Shown piece by piece: positions 22,109-32,450 of a stretch of 64,000 bases of DNA (its first letter is position 1; every line of letters starts with the position of its first letter). Under the pieces are notes generated by a model. It did no database searches, had not been told where the DNA came from, and was given only the letters and a program-made list of their open reading frames with translations. Source of the DNA: an uncultured virus (IMG/VR IMGVR_UViG_3300025782_000006) (Duplodnaviria > Heunggongvirae > Uroviricota > Caudoviricetes); IMG/VR virus record IMGVR_UViG_3300025782_000006; one strand, given 5' to 3'. The translations under genes were made by a program, and so were the position numbers.

Positions 22109-23002
22109 TTAATTAAGTTGTTCTAATATTGCGTTGGCTATACGTTGTGTATCAAACAGTTTGTTACAGCGGAAATCTCCATGTTGGCATACGATTCCAC
22201 GCACTGGTCGATCTTGTTTGACGTTGCAACCCACACAGTCAATATCGGCTTGTATAGCAGTCCAGTGCCATGTTGGATCCAAATGTCTAATAGGCATTAT
22301 ATACTCTGGAGGATTATGTGTCAACATTCCAATTACGTGTGTATTGCTGGCTCCAGCAATTTGAAATGGTCCCGAATCGATGCCCACAAAACAACGGGCA
22401 CCATCCAATAATACTTTTAATTGTTGTGGCGTGTACTGTGCGTTTTTATTCACAATCAAGGGATGATCCAGGCTCAAATCAGTGGGTCCGCCTACTGTAA
22501 CAATTTTGAAATCTGTGCGTACTTCAAACGCTTGAGCAAAGATATTGCACCATACGTCAATATCAATATTCTTCAGGGCCCAATGCCACTGACGCATATG
22601 AACAGCAATGTAGGGACTACCAATTTCCTTGATGTCTGCACTAACTAATTCCAGATCACTGTCAGTTGGATGTAGGTCGGGGTGGCGATCCATGACACTG
22701 GTATTATCACCAAACACTCGATAAAACATACTGTCAATAAAATGATTTTCTGGATTTAATTCGTAAGCGTCATCTAAGTTATAAACGACATCATAGTCTG
22801 CGGGATTACATTCGCCCCAGTTACGTAGATCTACAATGTAAGGATTGTTTTTATAGACTAATGGAAATTCTGTTTCAACGGTAATTGCACAACGGCCATT
22901 GTGATGTTTGTACAGTTCTCGGACTACACCGGTTGACATTACTACATCGCCCAATGCAGCACGTCGTTTAACTAAGATAGTGGTAGGAGTTTCAATCTTC
23001 AT
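22109..23002 (-). CDS. GT9 family glycosyltransferase
   Basis: RRAALGDVVM; FVGIDSGPFQIA; C-terminal Cys cluster. Confidence 0.8.
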   Translation of the reverse strand: MKIETPTTILVKRRAALGDVVMSTGVVRELYKHHNGRCAITVETEFPLVYKNNPYIVDLRNWGECNPADYDVVYNLDDAYELNPENHFIDSMFYRVFGDNTSVMDRHPDLHPTDSDLELVSADIKEIGSPYIAVHMRQWHWALKNIDIDVWCNIFAQAFEVRTDFKIVTVGGPTDLSLDHPLIVNKNAQYTPQQLKVLLDGARCFVGIDSGPFQIAGASNTHVIGMLTHNPPEYIMPIRHLDPTWHWTAIQADIDCVGCNVKQDRPVRGIVCQHGDFRCNKLFDTQRIANAILEQLN

Positions 23003-24227
23003 TGGTTTCTGTCACAATAGTTGGAAAATAACGCAGGAATATATCTTGTGCGTTGTTGCGTTTTGCTAGAATCTTCTTTTTAATTTCTGTGTAGAAATTC
23101 CATGCCAGCGGAACAAATACAACACGTTCTTTGGGATCAGTTATACTATCTAACCATTCGATACTGACCACAGGAATACTAGTGCCCGGGCAATATAGTC
23201 CTTGCTTTAAAGGATTGTCATCAATTACGCAGTCCAGGTGTATGTTACTGGCATTGATCAGTGTCATACCTTTAGCGGCAGCACCGTAACCAACAATAGT
23301 ATATCCCCAACCACGATACTCATCAATTTGATCTTTGAGTTGATCAATTAACTCCTGTACACCTGTAGCCCACTTTGTATAAGTCTCAGGTGTCTGTAGT
23401 CCTAGTGCTGATTCTACAGCTAGGATATTTTGAATACGTTCTTGATTAGCAGGTTGTTTGGCTAATATAAAGATATAGCTGGTTCCATGAATAGGAGTTT
23501 TAATTACATCAATTAAATATAGACCAGCACGTTCAGCCAGTCGGCGCATTGATTCTGCATTGTAGTAGCTGATATGCTCGTGATAGATGGTATCAAACTC
23601 ACCGTTAGGAACCATGTCAGCTTGACTGGTAGAAATAAAAATCTTACCTTCGTTGTTTAAGTGCTCGCGGCAAAGTTTTAAGTATGCCAGTGGATCTGGA
23701 ATATGTGCAAATGAATTTTGTGTAGTAATAACTGTAAACTTGGTATGTATGTTATCAGAGGTTTCTTTATCCCAAAATCTACACCATATGCGATGATTCG
23801 CACTAGACTTTTCGTATAAGTTTTCTGCTGGATCTACACCAAATGTCTTATAACCTAACTTCTTAAATGCATCTAATTGGCTACCATCATTACAGCCAAT
23901 GTCCAATACTGTACCCACCATTGGTTTAGCGAACTGTTCAGTTACAAAGCGAGCATACCAGTCCATGTATTCTACATAGGTATTTGATGTACCTGACACA
24001 TACAGATAGTGTGTGTAAATCAATTCAGGATTAACTGCGTGTGTAAGTTGTAGGTGATTACAGTCTTCACAACGATTAATAGCTAGGGGGAACCACTGAT
24101 CTGTATCACGTACTCCGCCATGCTCTTGAAAGCTGTTGGCCAAGGGTTGATCTTGGAGATCCAGGGTCAAGGTTAAGTCTTGGCCGCCGCAGGCCAAACA
24201 CTCATCGATTTGTGTGTAATCTTCCAT
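22992..24227 (-). CDS. NDP-sugar C-methyltransferase
   Basis: CLACG, CEDCNHLQL, LDIGCNDG, FDTIYHEH, HGTS, GYGAAAKG. Confidence 0.9.
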   Translation of the reverse strand: MEDYTQIDECLACGGQDLTLTLDLQDQPLANSFQEHGGVRDTDQWFPLAINRCEDCNHLQLTHAVNPELIYTHYLYVSGTSNTYVEYMDWYARFVTEQFAKPMVGTVLDIGCNDGSQLDAFKKLGYKTFGVDPAENLYEKSSANHRIWCRFWDKETSDNIHTKFTVITTQNSFAHIPDPLAYLKLCREHLNNEGKIFISTSQADMVPNGEFDTIYHEHISYYNAESMRRLAERAGLYLIDVIKTPIHGTSYIFILAKQPANQERIQNILAVESALGLQTPETYTKWATGVQELIDQLKDQIDEYRGWGYTIVGYGAAAKGMTLINASNIHLDCVIDDNPLKQGLYCPGTSIPVVSIEWLDSITDPKERVVFVPLAWNFYTEIKKKILAKRNNAQDIFLRYFPTIVTETNED

Positions 24228-24973
24228 TAATTTTTAATAGCAGTTCCGTTGGGAGCGATTGCCCCTTCAACACCAAGATTTTGAATTTCATGTACATGGT
24301 CGGGATTTAAGAACTTAGCAAGTACGTGTTCAATATCCACATATCCACCTGCAGCTAAACGTTCGGCAAAGAACAGGAAGCTATCTTCATATACACCAAT
24401 AACTTCGTCTAAGAGTGCAATAGGCCAAGACCATAAGCGAGCCATGTACTGGAATGGTACTTGTGTTACTTCTGGAGGGAATTGACTTTGATGTTTTGGT
24501 CCAATAATAATTTTATCTAAATTATCTGTTTGATCGTATGTAGCAGGATCAAACAAATCATTTAATATATAACGTCCAGACATTTTATGAATACGATTAA
24601 TTCCAACAAAGGCATTTTCTTGTTTGAGAATACGCAACACACGACCAAAACACATGATTTCTGTGCCGTTCTTTACTACGTCCCAATTATCATTGTCGTA
24701 CATGTCAATAACGTCTTGATCTTGGCTACAGTCAATGAACACGTCGCAGTTTTGTCTTATTACTGCTTCTTGATGTGGCTTAATCGAATCCCCACAGCAT
24801 TCCATTACTATAATTCTAGCATCAGGGATTTTACGCTTAATGCTATTGATAGTTTCAATAGTTTGATCTAACCGTTGCTTAGGTGCAAACACACCAAACT
24901 TACTGTTAATAGCTGAAGTTACGATAAAACAATGTTTTACTTGCTGAGCCATCTGTTGTTCTCCAATGTCCAT
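24227..24973 (-). CDS. Hypothetical protein, probable glycosyltransferase
   Basis: FIVTSAI, HKMSGRY, DIEH motifs; glycan-cluster context. Confidence 0.5.
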   Translation of the reverse strand: MDIGEQQMAQQVKHCFIVTSAINSKFGVFAPKQRLDQTIETINSIKRKIPDARIIVMECCGDSIKPHQEAVIRQNCDVFIDCSQDQDVIDMYDNDNWDVVKNGTEIMCFGRVLRILKQENAFVGINRIHKMSGRYILNDLFDPATYDQTDNLDKIIIGPKHQSQFPPEVTQVPFQYMARLWSWPIALLDEVIGVYEDSFLFFAERLAAGGYVDIEHVLAKFLNPDHVHEIQNLGVEGAIAPNGTAIKN

Positions 24974-25971
24974 AATGTCATTTCTTTAATGCGTTCGCTT
25001 AGTTTAATCTTAGGTTCCCACCCCAATGACTTTAACAATCCGCCATCTAAGGCATAGCGTAAGTCATGTCCAGGACGTGATCCGTGGAAGTCAACCATTT
25101 CGTAATTAAGTTCTTTACCTTGTGCTTCAGCAATCATCTTAGCTAAACTCAAATTATCAATTTCTTCTGTACCTACCAAGTTAAACTTAGGACAGTGAGC
25201 CCAACCGTAGTCACCTGTGTGTTTGTAGTCTTTTAAGTTAAGAATAAACATTAGGCCTTCGGCTACGTCTTTAGCATGGATATACATACGTGTGCCAGCT
25301 TCTGTGCAGTCTGCGTTGGCATGGATATAAATCTTTTCACCATCTCTAGCACGTTGAATACACATGGGAATAAATTTCTCTGGATGCTGACGCTCACCAA
25401 ACACGTTCATAGTATGTGTAACAACAATTGGCATTTTGTAAGTATTTTCATAAGCTACGCAAAACTCTTCTGCTGCCGCTTTTGATGCTGAGTATGGATT
25501 TGTTGAATTGTAACGATCGTATTCTTTGTAGCTAACTCCTGGAGGAGCAACACCAAAGATCTCGTCTGTTGAGAAATACACAAAGCGTTCTAAGTTAGGC
25601 AAGTTCTTACGTGCATAGTCTAACATATTAACTGTGCCAACTACGTTATCCTGCACAAACTCAAACGGATATTGAATTGAACGATCTACGTGTGATCCTG
25701 CGGCCAAATGTAGAACAATATCAACAGGACCAATGTCCTTGACAATCATTTCATTCAGTTCTGCTTTTAAATCATGGAATACAATACGCAAACGTTCAGC
25801 TACCATTTTAGGATCGTGATCCTGTAGCATATCGTGTAAGCGATTCAAGTTACCACTAATATCTAATCGGTCCAGACATACAATATTGTAGTCGGTTTCT
25901 TTGAGCATCTTATCGATTACATGGTGTGCGATGAAACCAGCACCGCCTGTTATCAGTACATTTTTTGACAT
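24937..25971 (-). CDS. rmlB: dTDP-glucose 4,6-dehydratase-like (RmlB)
   Basis: TGGAGFI, HLAAGSHVDRSI, STDE, YSASK, RPGHDLRYALD. Confidence 0.85.
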   Translation of the reverse strand: MSKNVLITGGAGFIAHHVIDKMLKETDYNIVCLDRLDISGNLNRLHDMLQDHDPKMVAERLRIVFHDLKAELNEMIVKDIGPVDIVLHLAAGSHVDRSIQYPFEFVQDNVVGTVNMLDYARKNLPNLERFVYFSTDEIFGVAPPGVSYKEYDRYNSTNPYSASKAAAEEFCVAYENTYKMPIVVTHTMNVFGERQHPEKFIPMCIQRARDGEKIYIHANADCTEAGTRMYIHAKDVAEGLMFILNLKDYKHTGDYGWAHCPKFNLVGTEEIDNLSLAKMIAEAQGKELNYEMVDFHGSRPGHDLRYALDGGLLKSLGWEPKIKLSERIKEMTLWTLENNRWLSK

Positions 25972-26047
25972 TTATTATTCACCTAAGTTATTTGATAGCA
26001 GTATTTACCTGCGTATTTTGTTGTTAATTATAAAACAATATCAACTA

Positions 26048-26521
26048 TTAGTCAATGATTGATTTAATTTTTTCTACATAGTCGCTACATATTCCGTAGC
26101 AGGAAGCCGATTTAATATTGGCAAATTCTGGATCCGACCATTCTGGCATCAACATAATGCTACGTTTGGATAAAGGTTTATCGGGATAAGTCCAAATGTA
26201 TTGATGACTAGTCAGAGTCTGTGTGTCAGACTCGTGCCAAAAGTAGTTTAAAGGTGTGTTGGTTAGATAGTATAGTGCCGCTAGATTTTTGGCATGTATC
26301 CATAGACCGTCGCTAGAAATAAATTCGTATTCTACATTATAAGTAGGAGCATCATGCCCTAAAAAGAATCCGCCATCCGATTTATACCAAAGATCAATTT
26401 CGCAGTCATATCCCTTGGATAATGCTAATTTAATTTGCTCAGGGCGATTTTCTAAATTACTATCAGGACCATTAAACAATCCGCGATGTGCTATCAATTT
26501 CATTGGTGATCCATTCTCCAA
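26048..26521 (-). CDS. Short PI-PLC/GDPD-like phosphodiesterase
   Basis: LIAHRG, EN, EIDLW, LGHD, WIHAKN, GICSDY. Confidence 0.7.
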   Translation of the reverse strand: MENGSPMKLIAHRGLFNGPDSNLENRPEQIKLALSKGYDCEIDLWYKSDGGFFLGHDAPTYNVEYEFISSDGLWIHAKNLAALYYLTNTPLNYFWHESDTQTLTSHQYIWTYPDKPLSKRSIMLMPEWSDPEFANIKSASCYGICSDYVEKIKSIID

Positions 26522-27198
26522 CGACCCCGGTATTCACCTTTATTCCATTGTGGCTCTACTATAAATGGCAAGCACTCATAGTCTATGCCCGTAACTTTAA
26601 AATACTTTTCCAGGCTTTCTTCTGGATGTATAAACTCAAATGTATCTGCTAAGTGATCTAGGTAATCCCAGTAACCCACAAAACGTTCATACATTTCTGG
26701 ACTACCAAATAAAAAATTATCAGCAAAGTTTTGAGCATTGATCATTTTAGTTTTAACTTTTTCAGCATAGTCACGTAGGTCAACTTCACCACGTGGTACC
26801 ATGTCTGTACGCATACGGAACACCATATCGTACTGTTCACCTGTTTCAGCCACATACTCTTTAAATAAGCGATGACTTTCCACAATTCCCCACCACATGG
26901 TAAGAAAGTTAGGTGCCCAGTGTGCTATCTGTAGAGGCCTACGTGGAGGATGTGCATACTGTGGTCCATCCTCTAGGACCTGCACTACTTTAAATTGACA
27001 AGTGTCTGGAATACCCTCACTACGCAAATAGTTTACAAACTGATCAGCATTTAGGCCAAATTCACTACGCCATGTGCGTATAAAAAAGTCCGCTTGGTCA
27101 AATCCTTTGAGAGCGTCAACCAGTCTAAATAGTCCACGATGTTCGAATCTTGGACCACCGCTTAAACAAAATGCTATCTTCATAAATTCTTTCCCCAA
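26500..27198 (-). CDS. Hypothetical protein, probable glycosyltransferase
   Basis: MKIAFCLSG.PR, YDMVFRMRTD, HPE motifs. Confidence 0.55.
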   Translation of the reverse strand: MGKEFMKIAFCLSGGPRFEHRGLFRLVDALKGFDQADFFIRTWRSEFGLNADQFVNYLRSEGIPDTCQFKVVQVLEDGPQYAHPPRRPLQIAHWAPNFLTMWWGIVESHRLFKEYVAETGEQYDMVFRMRTDMVPRGEVDLRDYAEKVKTKMINAQNFADNFLFGSPEMYERFVGYWDYLDHLADTFEFIHPEESLEKYFKVTGIDYECLPFIVEPQWNKGEYRGRWRMDHQ

Positions 27199-27740
27199 CC
27201 TAGACCGTTTCTCATAAAATTATTACCAAACATTTCATTTACTGCACGCACAACTCCTTCAGATCCACGAGTGTGACCATAATCGTCCCCAGCAATAGTA
27301 CCGCCAGGTTTAACTTTAGGTAACCATGCTTTAATGTCAGCTAGTACACCTTCATACAAATGATCGCCATCAATGAATACAAAATCCAAACTAGCATCAG
27401 GGTATGTTGCGGCCGCACTAACACTATCCATACGTACAGCACGATAATATCCCTCTACAGGTTTCATATTAGTAATGAATTCATCATATAGTGTATCATT
27501 AACTACACTGGTATCAGTTTGATGCAATTCTTCGTTTGGGGTACCACGCCAAGTATCAACACAATCAAATTTAATGTCTTTACCACTGTTGATAATCTCA
27601 ACTGCCATGAATGCGGCGCTTTGTCCCCGCCAGGATCCTATTTCAACAAAGTGGCTTCCTGTAGGGAAGTATTCAACCATACCCTTGTAGATATCAAAAA
27701 AACTGCACCAGCCTTGTATATTTTGATAAAAATGATTCAC
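27180..27740 (-). CDS. Class I SAM methyltransferase (Methyltransf_24-like)
   Basis: FVEIGSWRGQS, DFVFIDGDHLYE, VKPGGTIAGDDY. Confidence 0.85.
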   Translation of the reverse strand: MNHFYQNIQGWCSFFDIYKGMVEYFPTGSHFVEIGSWRGQSAAFMAVEIINSGKDIKFDCVDTWRGTPNEELHQTDTSVVNDTLYDEFITNMKPVEGYYRAVRMDSVSAAATYPDASLDFVFIDGDHLYEGVLADIKAWLPKVKPGGTIAGDDYGHTRGSEGVVRAVNEMFGNNFMRNGLGWGKNL

Positions 27741-28969
27741 TATTTAATCAAACCCCATTTAGCAATAGCTTGATCGTACTCAGGACCGTATGTCTTATCT
27801 ATTGCTTGACGCATAGCTGTGGCTCCCGCTACTGTACCGCCTGGATGTCCGTGTACTGCTCCGCCTGCGTTGGCTAGATAATCTTGGCCAGCAATTTCTG
27901 TAACTTTTTCTACCAGGCCGGGATGGAATCCACAGCTTAGAGCAGGAACAGTATTACCTGCACGTAGAATATCTAGACATTCTTTAATCTCTTCTGGGTC
28001 ATCATTGCTATATCCGCCAACCATGCCTGTTTGTATAGTGTCGGCGCCCATCAGAGTAGCTAGCTGACACATAACTGGCCAACTGATACTAAAGCGATGA
28101 TTAACATCTGTGGTAACTTTGGCACCAGAACTTTGATAGTGCAAGTACAATGGCAAATCTAATTTGCGAATACTGTTATAACTACCATAGCCAGAGAATA
28201 CATTGATATGCACACCTGTTCCGCCTAACTCATGCACACGCTTAACACGATCGACTAACACATGCGGGTCGCAGTTAATAGTATGGCAAAATACGATCTT
28301 ACGTGATTGTTTTGCTAGATAGTTAGCAATAATATCTACACGACGATCCAATGGCGCACACGCAGGATTAACCATGATTTCATCTTCTTTGATAAAATCG
28401 ACCCCACCGTCAACCATCTGTTTGACCATCTCTAATAATACTTCAGGAGTAATACCAATCTTAGGTTTTACAATACTACCAAACAAAGGTTTTCCGTATT
28501 GGCCGGTTAATGCTCTAAATCCTGTGATACCAAACTTGGGTCCTAAGAAATGCTGTGTAACTGTTTCAGGAAGTTCTAATTTAATTAATCGGCAACTGTT
28601 AAAACAATCGATATCAACGTGTCCGCCCATGAGCTGGCATAACATATGAGCGACCCCGTCTGTTGCCCAGTCTGTGTTAGCCACAGGGAAAGCAATTTCT
28701 ACGTTGCCCCATACACGATTTTCAAGGTCTTTTTTATCACCTAGGATGATACAACTGTGATTTTCAAATAGGTCATCTGTTTCCCACTCATTGCGTACAC
28801 TGGGATTTCCTACGCTTTGCCCGATAGCTAAATTCCATGCGGCGTCATCTAAGCTAGTCTTACTAGTAATTTTATATGTTGCTATGTAATACTTAGATAA
28901 ATCTATTTCACTGCGGTCACGGTAAAACTTCATACTTGTCTCCAATAATACTTGGTCGTTTAACGACAC
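27740..28969 (-). CDS. RuBisCO-like protein (form IV RLP)
   Basis: GPKFG, GSIVKPKIG, GGVDFIKEDE, SCGFHPG, AGGAVHGHPGG; start probably MKFYRD (~28933). Confidence 0.92.
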   Translation of the reverse strand: MSLNDQVLLETSMKFYRDRSEIDLSKYYIATYKITSKTSLDDAAWNLAIGQSVGNPSVRNEWETDDLFENHSCIILGDKKDLENRVWGNVEIAFPVANTDWATDGVAHMLCQLMGGHVDIDCFNSCRLIKLELPETVTQHFLGPKFGITGFRALTGQYGKPLFGSIVKPKIGITPEVLLEMVKQMVDGGVDFIKEDEIMVNPACAPLDRRVDIIANYLAKQSRKIVFCHTINCDPHVLVDRVKRVHELGGTGVHINVFSGYGSYNSIRKLDLPLYLHYQSSGAKVTTDVNHRFSISWPVMCQLATLMGADTIQTGMVGGYSNDDPEEIKECLDILRAGNTVPALSCGFHPGLVEKVTEIAGQDYLANAGGAVHGHPGGTVAGATAMRQAIDKTYGPEYDQAIAKWGLIK

Positions 28970-29243
28970 AAACTCTACAATCCTCTAAGAACTCTGGGTC
29001 AGCAACGTCACCAGGTTCAAACCAAAATATATCGCCGGCTTCTACAATCTCCCCAGCAATACGCATACGTCCGTCTAATAATACATTGTATTCTGTAGCG
29101 TGTTTATGATAGTGTGCAGGCCACGCTTCGCCTTTACGATGTGTAAGTATGCCTACTTCAAATAAGGGAGTACGCATAACAGAGGGTTCAAAGTCGCCAA
29201 TGAACCAACCACGTGTCATATCAGAAAGTTTTGCTGTTTTCAT
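28917..29243 (-). CDS. Cupin-domain protein
   Basis: RGWFIGDFEPS, HYHKHATEYN. Confidence 0.8.
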   Translation of the reverse strand: MKTAKLSDMTRGWFIGDFEPSVMRTPLFEVGILTHRKGEAWPAHYHKHATEYNVLLDGRMRIAGEIVEAGDIFWFEPGDVADPEFLEDCRVCVVKRPSIIGDKYEVLP

Positions 29244-29943
29244 ATCTTAAAAATTCATCTAAGTCATCAGGCACGCCTACGGGATGATGGAACTGATTGG
29301 GTATATGATAAATGCCCACAGTCCGTCCCTGTGCTATCATATGATTATAACTTGGTCCTATGTAAAACTCCCCATTAGGTGCTCGATCGTTTGCTGCAAT
29401 CATTGCTTCTGCGGCCTCTACAAAGTAGCGACCTTTCTTCCAGTAATGAATGCCATTTAATGATATATTACTTATCACTTGCTTTTCGCGGATCTCCCGC
29501 ACAAGGCCTTCTTTGTTTACACGAGCATAACTGTTTTTATCTGTATCTGCATGATAGGTAACTACAGCACCATCATAGTGACGGACATAATCTAAAAATC
29601 TATCGCTAGTCCATTCCATGATTTGATCACAGTTAGCAATAATTAGTTCTTCATCTGTGTTAATATCGTCTTTGAATAACAAGGCTGTGCTTGCAGGACC
29701 TTCTGTTACATAGTCAATGGCCAAATAACGGCTGTTGGGCTTGAATGATTCAATCATAGCCAAGACGCCTTCAGTATGCTCGTCTTTGCGAACAATAAAG
29801 TGCCACTGTCCATCTATATCCAAACTTTCTACAGCACGCTGGATCATTGGTCGACCGTTGATGTCAATAAGTGGTTTGGGAATTAAAATGCGTTTTTCAG
29901 CAAATCGGCTACCGCGACCCGCCATTGGGATAATTATATTCAT
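29221..29943 (-). CDS. Sugar-phosphate nucleotidyltransferase
   Basis: IPMAGRGSRF..PKPLI, TEGPAST, IANCDQ, EKQVIS, NGEFYI. Confidence 0.85.
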   Translation of the reverse strand: MNIIIPMAGRGSRFAEKRILIPKPLIDINGRPMIQRAVESLDIDGQWHFIVRKDEHTEGVLAMIESFKPNSRYLAIDYVTEGPASTALLFKDDINTDEELIIANCDQIMEWTSDRFLDYVRHYDGAVVTYHADTDKNSYARVNKEGLVREIREKQVISNISLNGIHYWKKGRYFVEAAEAMIAANDRAPNGEFYIGPSYNHMIAQGRTVGIYHIPNQFHHPVGVPDDLDEFLRYENSKTF

Positions 29944-30806
29944 TTATAAGGAAAAGGTGGTAATAAATTGTAAATGTTTTCTTCAGGATTGTCAAGTATA
30001 TTCTTTTGATATCGGTCTAGATTAGCTAATAATGTACGTGGGAAGTAGTCGTTGATTTCTACAATTTTATATTCATTGCCAGAGTTACGATTCCACTCTT
30101 TGCGTTCTTGAATACTTTTATCAACGTCGATGTGGGCTAAAAATTCCGGAGTATTACTTTCAGTGTGTGCAAAACTCTGGGCCTTGTTCTTTAACCATTC
30201 GTTATCGCCCATATAACCAAAATGCCAGCCTGCATGCTCTAGTACTTCACAGCCGTCATTTTTAAATTGATATGGAGCCGACATAAACTGAAATCTCAAT
30301 TGACGAAATGGATCGGGCTGTATAGTGTCAAATAAACTCCGACGTCCGGCCATTCCCCAAACTTGATATGGGTCTGGTGCTGTACGCACATAATTAAATT
30401 TAAAATTGTGCAGAGTCATACGTAGAGCAAACAGAGCTTGATTGCTGTCGCGCATATATTCCACTGCTTCTTGACGTACAATCTCATCTAGGTCGCAGAC
30501 CATAATCAGGTCATCGGGTGCAGCATCCGCTATACCGCGAGCAATTTGGTTACGTTGAAATATGTCATTAACCCAAGCATCTGGATCCCTTGGCATGTCG
30601 GTGACTTTGACGTGAATAATCTTATCAGCCCATTGTGCATAGCGAGCTTTATTTTCTTCGTAATAAAAAGGTTTTGGTTGACTAGTATATGTAGTGTCCG
30701 CTTCTACGAGCACAAAGTGGTCGACAAAGTCCGATAATTCTGTTAATCTTAGTTCAAGTAGGTCAAGTTCGTTGTAGAATGTAAAACAGTCGTAGATTTT
30801 GTTCAT
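29940..30806 (-). CDS. GT17-like glycosyltransferase
   Basis: DCFTFYNELDLLELRL, FQRN, DLDEI, GWHFGY. Confidence 0.85.
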   Translation of the reverse strand: MNKIYDCFTFYNELDLLELRLTELSDFVDHFVLVEADTTYTSQPKPFYYEENKARYAQWADKIIHVKVTDMPRDPDAWVNDIFQRNQIARGIADAAPDDLIMVCDLDEIVRQEAVEYMRDSNQALFALRMTLHNFKFNYVRTAPDPYQVWGMAGRRSLFDTIQPDPFRQLRFQFMSAPYQFKNDGCEVLEHAGWHFGYMGDNEWLKNKAQSFAHTESNTPEFLAHIDVDKSIQERKEWNRNSGNEYKIVEINDYFPRTLLANLDRYQKNILDNPEENIYNLLPPFPYK

Positions 30807-30856
30807 AGCTGTATTTAAGCATATAAATACCTTACTGTCAAATTTTTAAAAAATCA

Positions 30857-31783
30857 ATGAAAAAAATTCTAATAACTGGTGGTGCTGGCTTTTTGGGTAG
30901 CCACCTAAGTAGTTCACTATTAACTCAGGGCAATCAAGTATACTGTTTAGATAACTTTTGTACTGGTCGCCGAAGCAACATAACTTCCTTACTAGACAAT
31001 CCAAATTTTGAATTGATCAGGCACGACGTTACCGAACCATTTGATTTTGATGTAGATGAAATTTATAACTTAGCCTGTCCTGCCAGTCCGCCACAGTATC
31101 AGTTCGATCCAGTTAAGACTATACGTACTAATATGTTAGGTGCCATCAACGTTTTAGATCTAGCACGTCGTACTGGAGCTCGGGTACTACAGGCCAGCAC
31201 ATCAGAAATATATGGCGACCCAGAAGTTCATCCGCAACCAGAATCATATTGGGGTCGAGTAAACCCAATTGGTATTCGTAGTTGCTATGACGAAGGCAAA
31301 CGTGCCGCAGAAACATTATTCTTTGACTACTGGCGTCAATATCATACTCGTATCAAAGTAGTACGCATATTCAATACCTATGGACCCAATATGGATCCAT
31401 CAGACGGGCGGGTAGTCAGTAACTTTATTAATCAGGCTATACGCAATGAACCAATTACCATTTATGGTGATGGTAGCCAAACTCGTAGTTTTTGCTTTGT
31501 ATCTGACTTAATTGATGTTATAATCAAAGTCATGGCTAGTCCAGACACATTTACGGGTCCAGTTAATATTGGCAATCCTAGAGAATTTACTATGTCAGAG
31601 TTGGCTCAACTAGTAATTAAAATTACTGGATCTACTAGTGAAATAGTTTACCGAGATTTGCCCAGTGATGACCCTAAACAGCGGCAACCAGATATTACCT
31701 TAGCCAAAACTTTGGGCTGGGCTCCAACTGTAAGTTTAGAGCAGGGCCTAGAAAAAACAATAGAATATTTTAAAGGAATTTAA
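30857..31783 (+). CDS. UDP-glucuronate decarboxylase (UXS-like)
   Basis: [47 protein letters not shown]. Confidence 0.93.
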   Translation: MKKILITGGAGFLGSHLSSSLLTQGNQVYCLDNFCTGRRSNITSLLDNPNFELIRHDVTEPFDFDVDEIYNLACPASPPQYQFDPVKTIRTNMLGAINVLDLARRTGARVLQASTSEIYGDPEVHPQPESYWGRVNPIGIRSCYDEGKRAAETLFFDYWRQYHTRIKVVRIFNTYGPNMDPSDGRVVSNFINQAIRNEPITIYGDGSQTRSFCFVSDLIDVIIKVMASPDTFTGPVNIGNPREFTMSELAQLVIKITGSTSEIVYRDLPSDDPKQRQPDITLAKTLGWAPTVSLEQGLEKTIEYFKGI

Positions 31784-31784
31784 C

Positions 31785-32450
31785 ATGTACGCAGTTGCTA
31801 GCATGAGTACCGAAAACATCAAAGAGTTTGCTGATATTACAGATGCATCAAAAAAAGAATACTGTGACAAGCATGGCTACCTATTTTTTCCTTGCAAAGA
31901 AGATACATTTACCTTAGTTACAGAACCATACACTCCATACATGAATTTTAATAAAATGTATGTGTGTTTAGATATTTTTCGAGATCATCCAGAAATTGAA
32001 TGGCTCCTGTTCAGCGAATGCGATGCAATGATCACTAACAGTGATATTAAAATAGAAGACCGTATCGACAACGATTATCATTTTATTATTTCTAGCGATA
32101 GATTAAACATCAACGCTGGTAACTTCTTAATACGTAACAGCGAACAGGGTCGTGCTTATTTTGAAATGATCCTTAGTCACAAAGATGAACCCGAATACCG
32201 AGATCATCGCTGGACCGAACAATGGGTTATTATCAATACTATTGAAGAAAATTTGGATATTGTTAAAATTGTTCCACAGTGGCATATGAACAGTTATCAA
32301 ACCGAACTGTACGACTATTGCGATACCAGCAAGGACTTGTTTGGTAATCGTGGTACATGGGAAGATGGTGATTGGATTATACATTGGCCAGGTTTATACG
32401 ATCACACTCGTATTCCTGCTGCTCGTAAAATGGCTGAACGTAGAGTATGA
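31785..32450 (+). CDS. GT34-like glycosyltransferase
   Basis: YCDKHGY, ECDAMITN, INAGNFLIRN, EQ, DWIIHWPG. Confidence 0.75.
   Translation: MYAVASMSTENIKEFADITDASKKEYCDKHGYLFFPCKEDTFTLVTEPYTPYMNFNKMYVCLDIFRDHPEIEWLLFSECDAMITNSDIKIEDRIDNDYHFIISSDRLNINAGNFLIRNSEQGRAYFEMILSHKDEPEYRDHRWTEQWVIINTIEENLDIVKIVPQWHMNSYQTELYDYCDTSKDLFGNRGTWEDGDWIIHWPGLYDHTRIPAARKMAERRV

Noticed and set aside
27740..28969. Carbon-fixing RuBisCO
   Set aside because: Residues equivalent to H294, H327 and K334 appear substituted; no small subunit or PRK; glycan context
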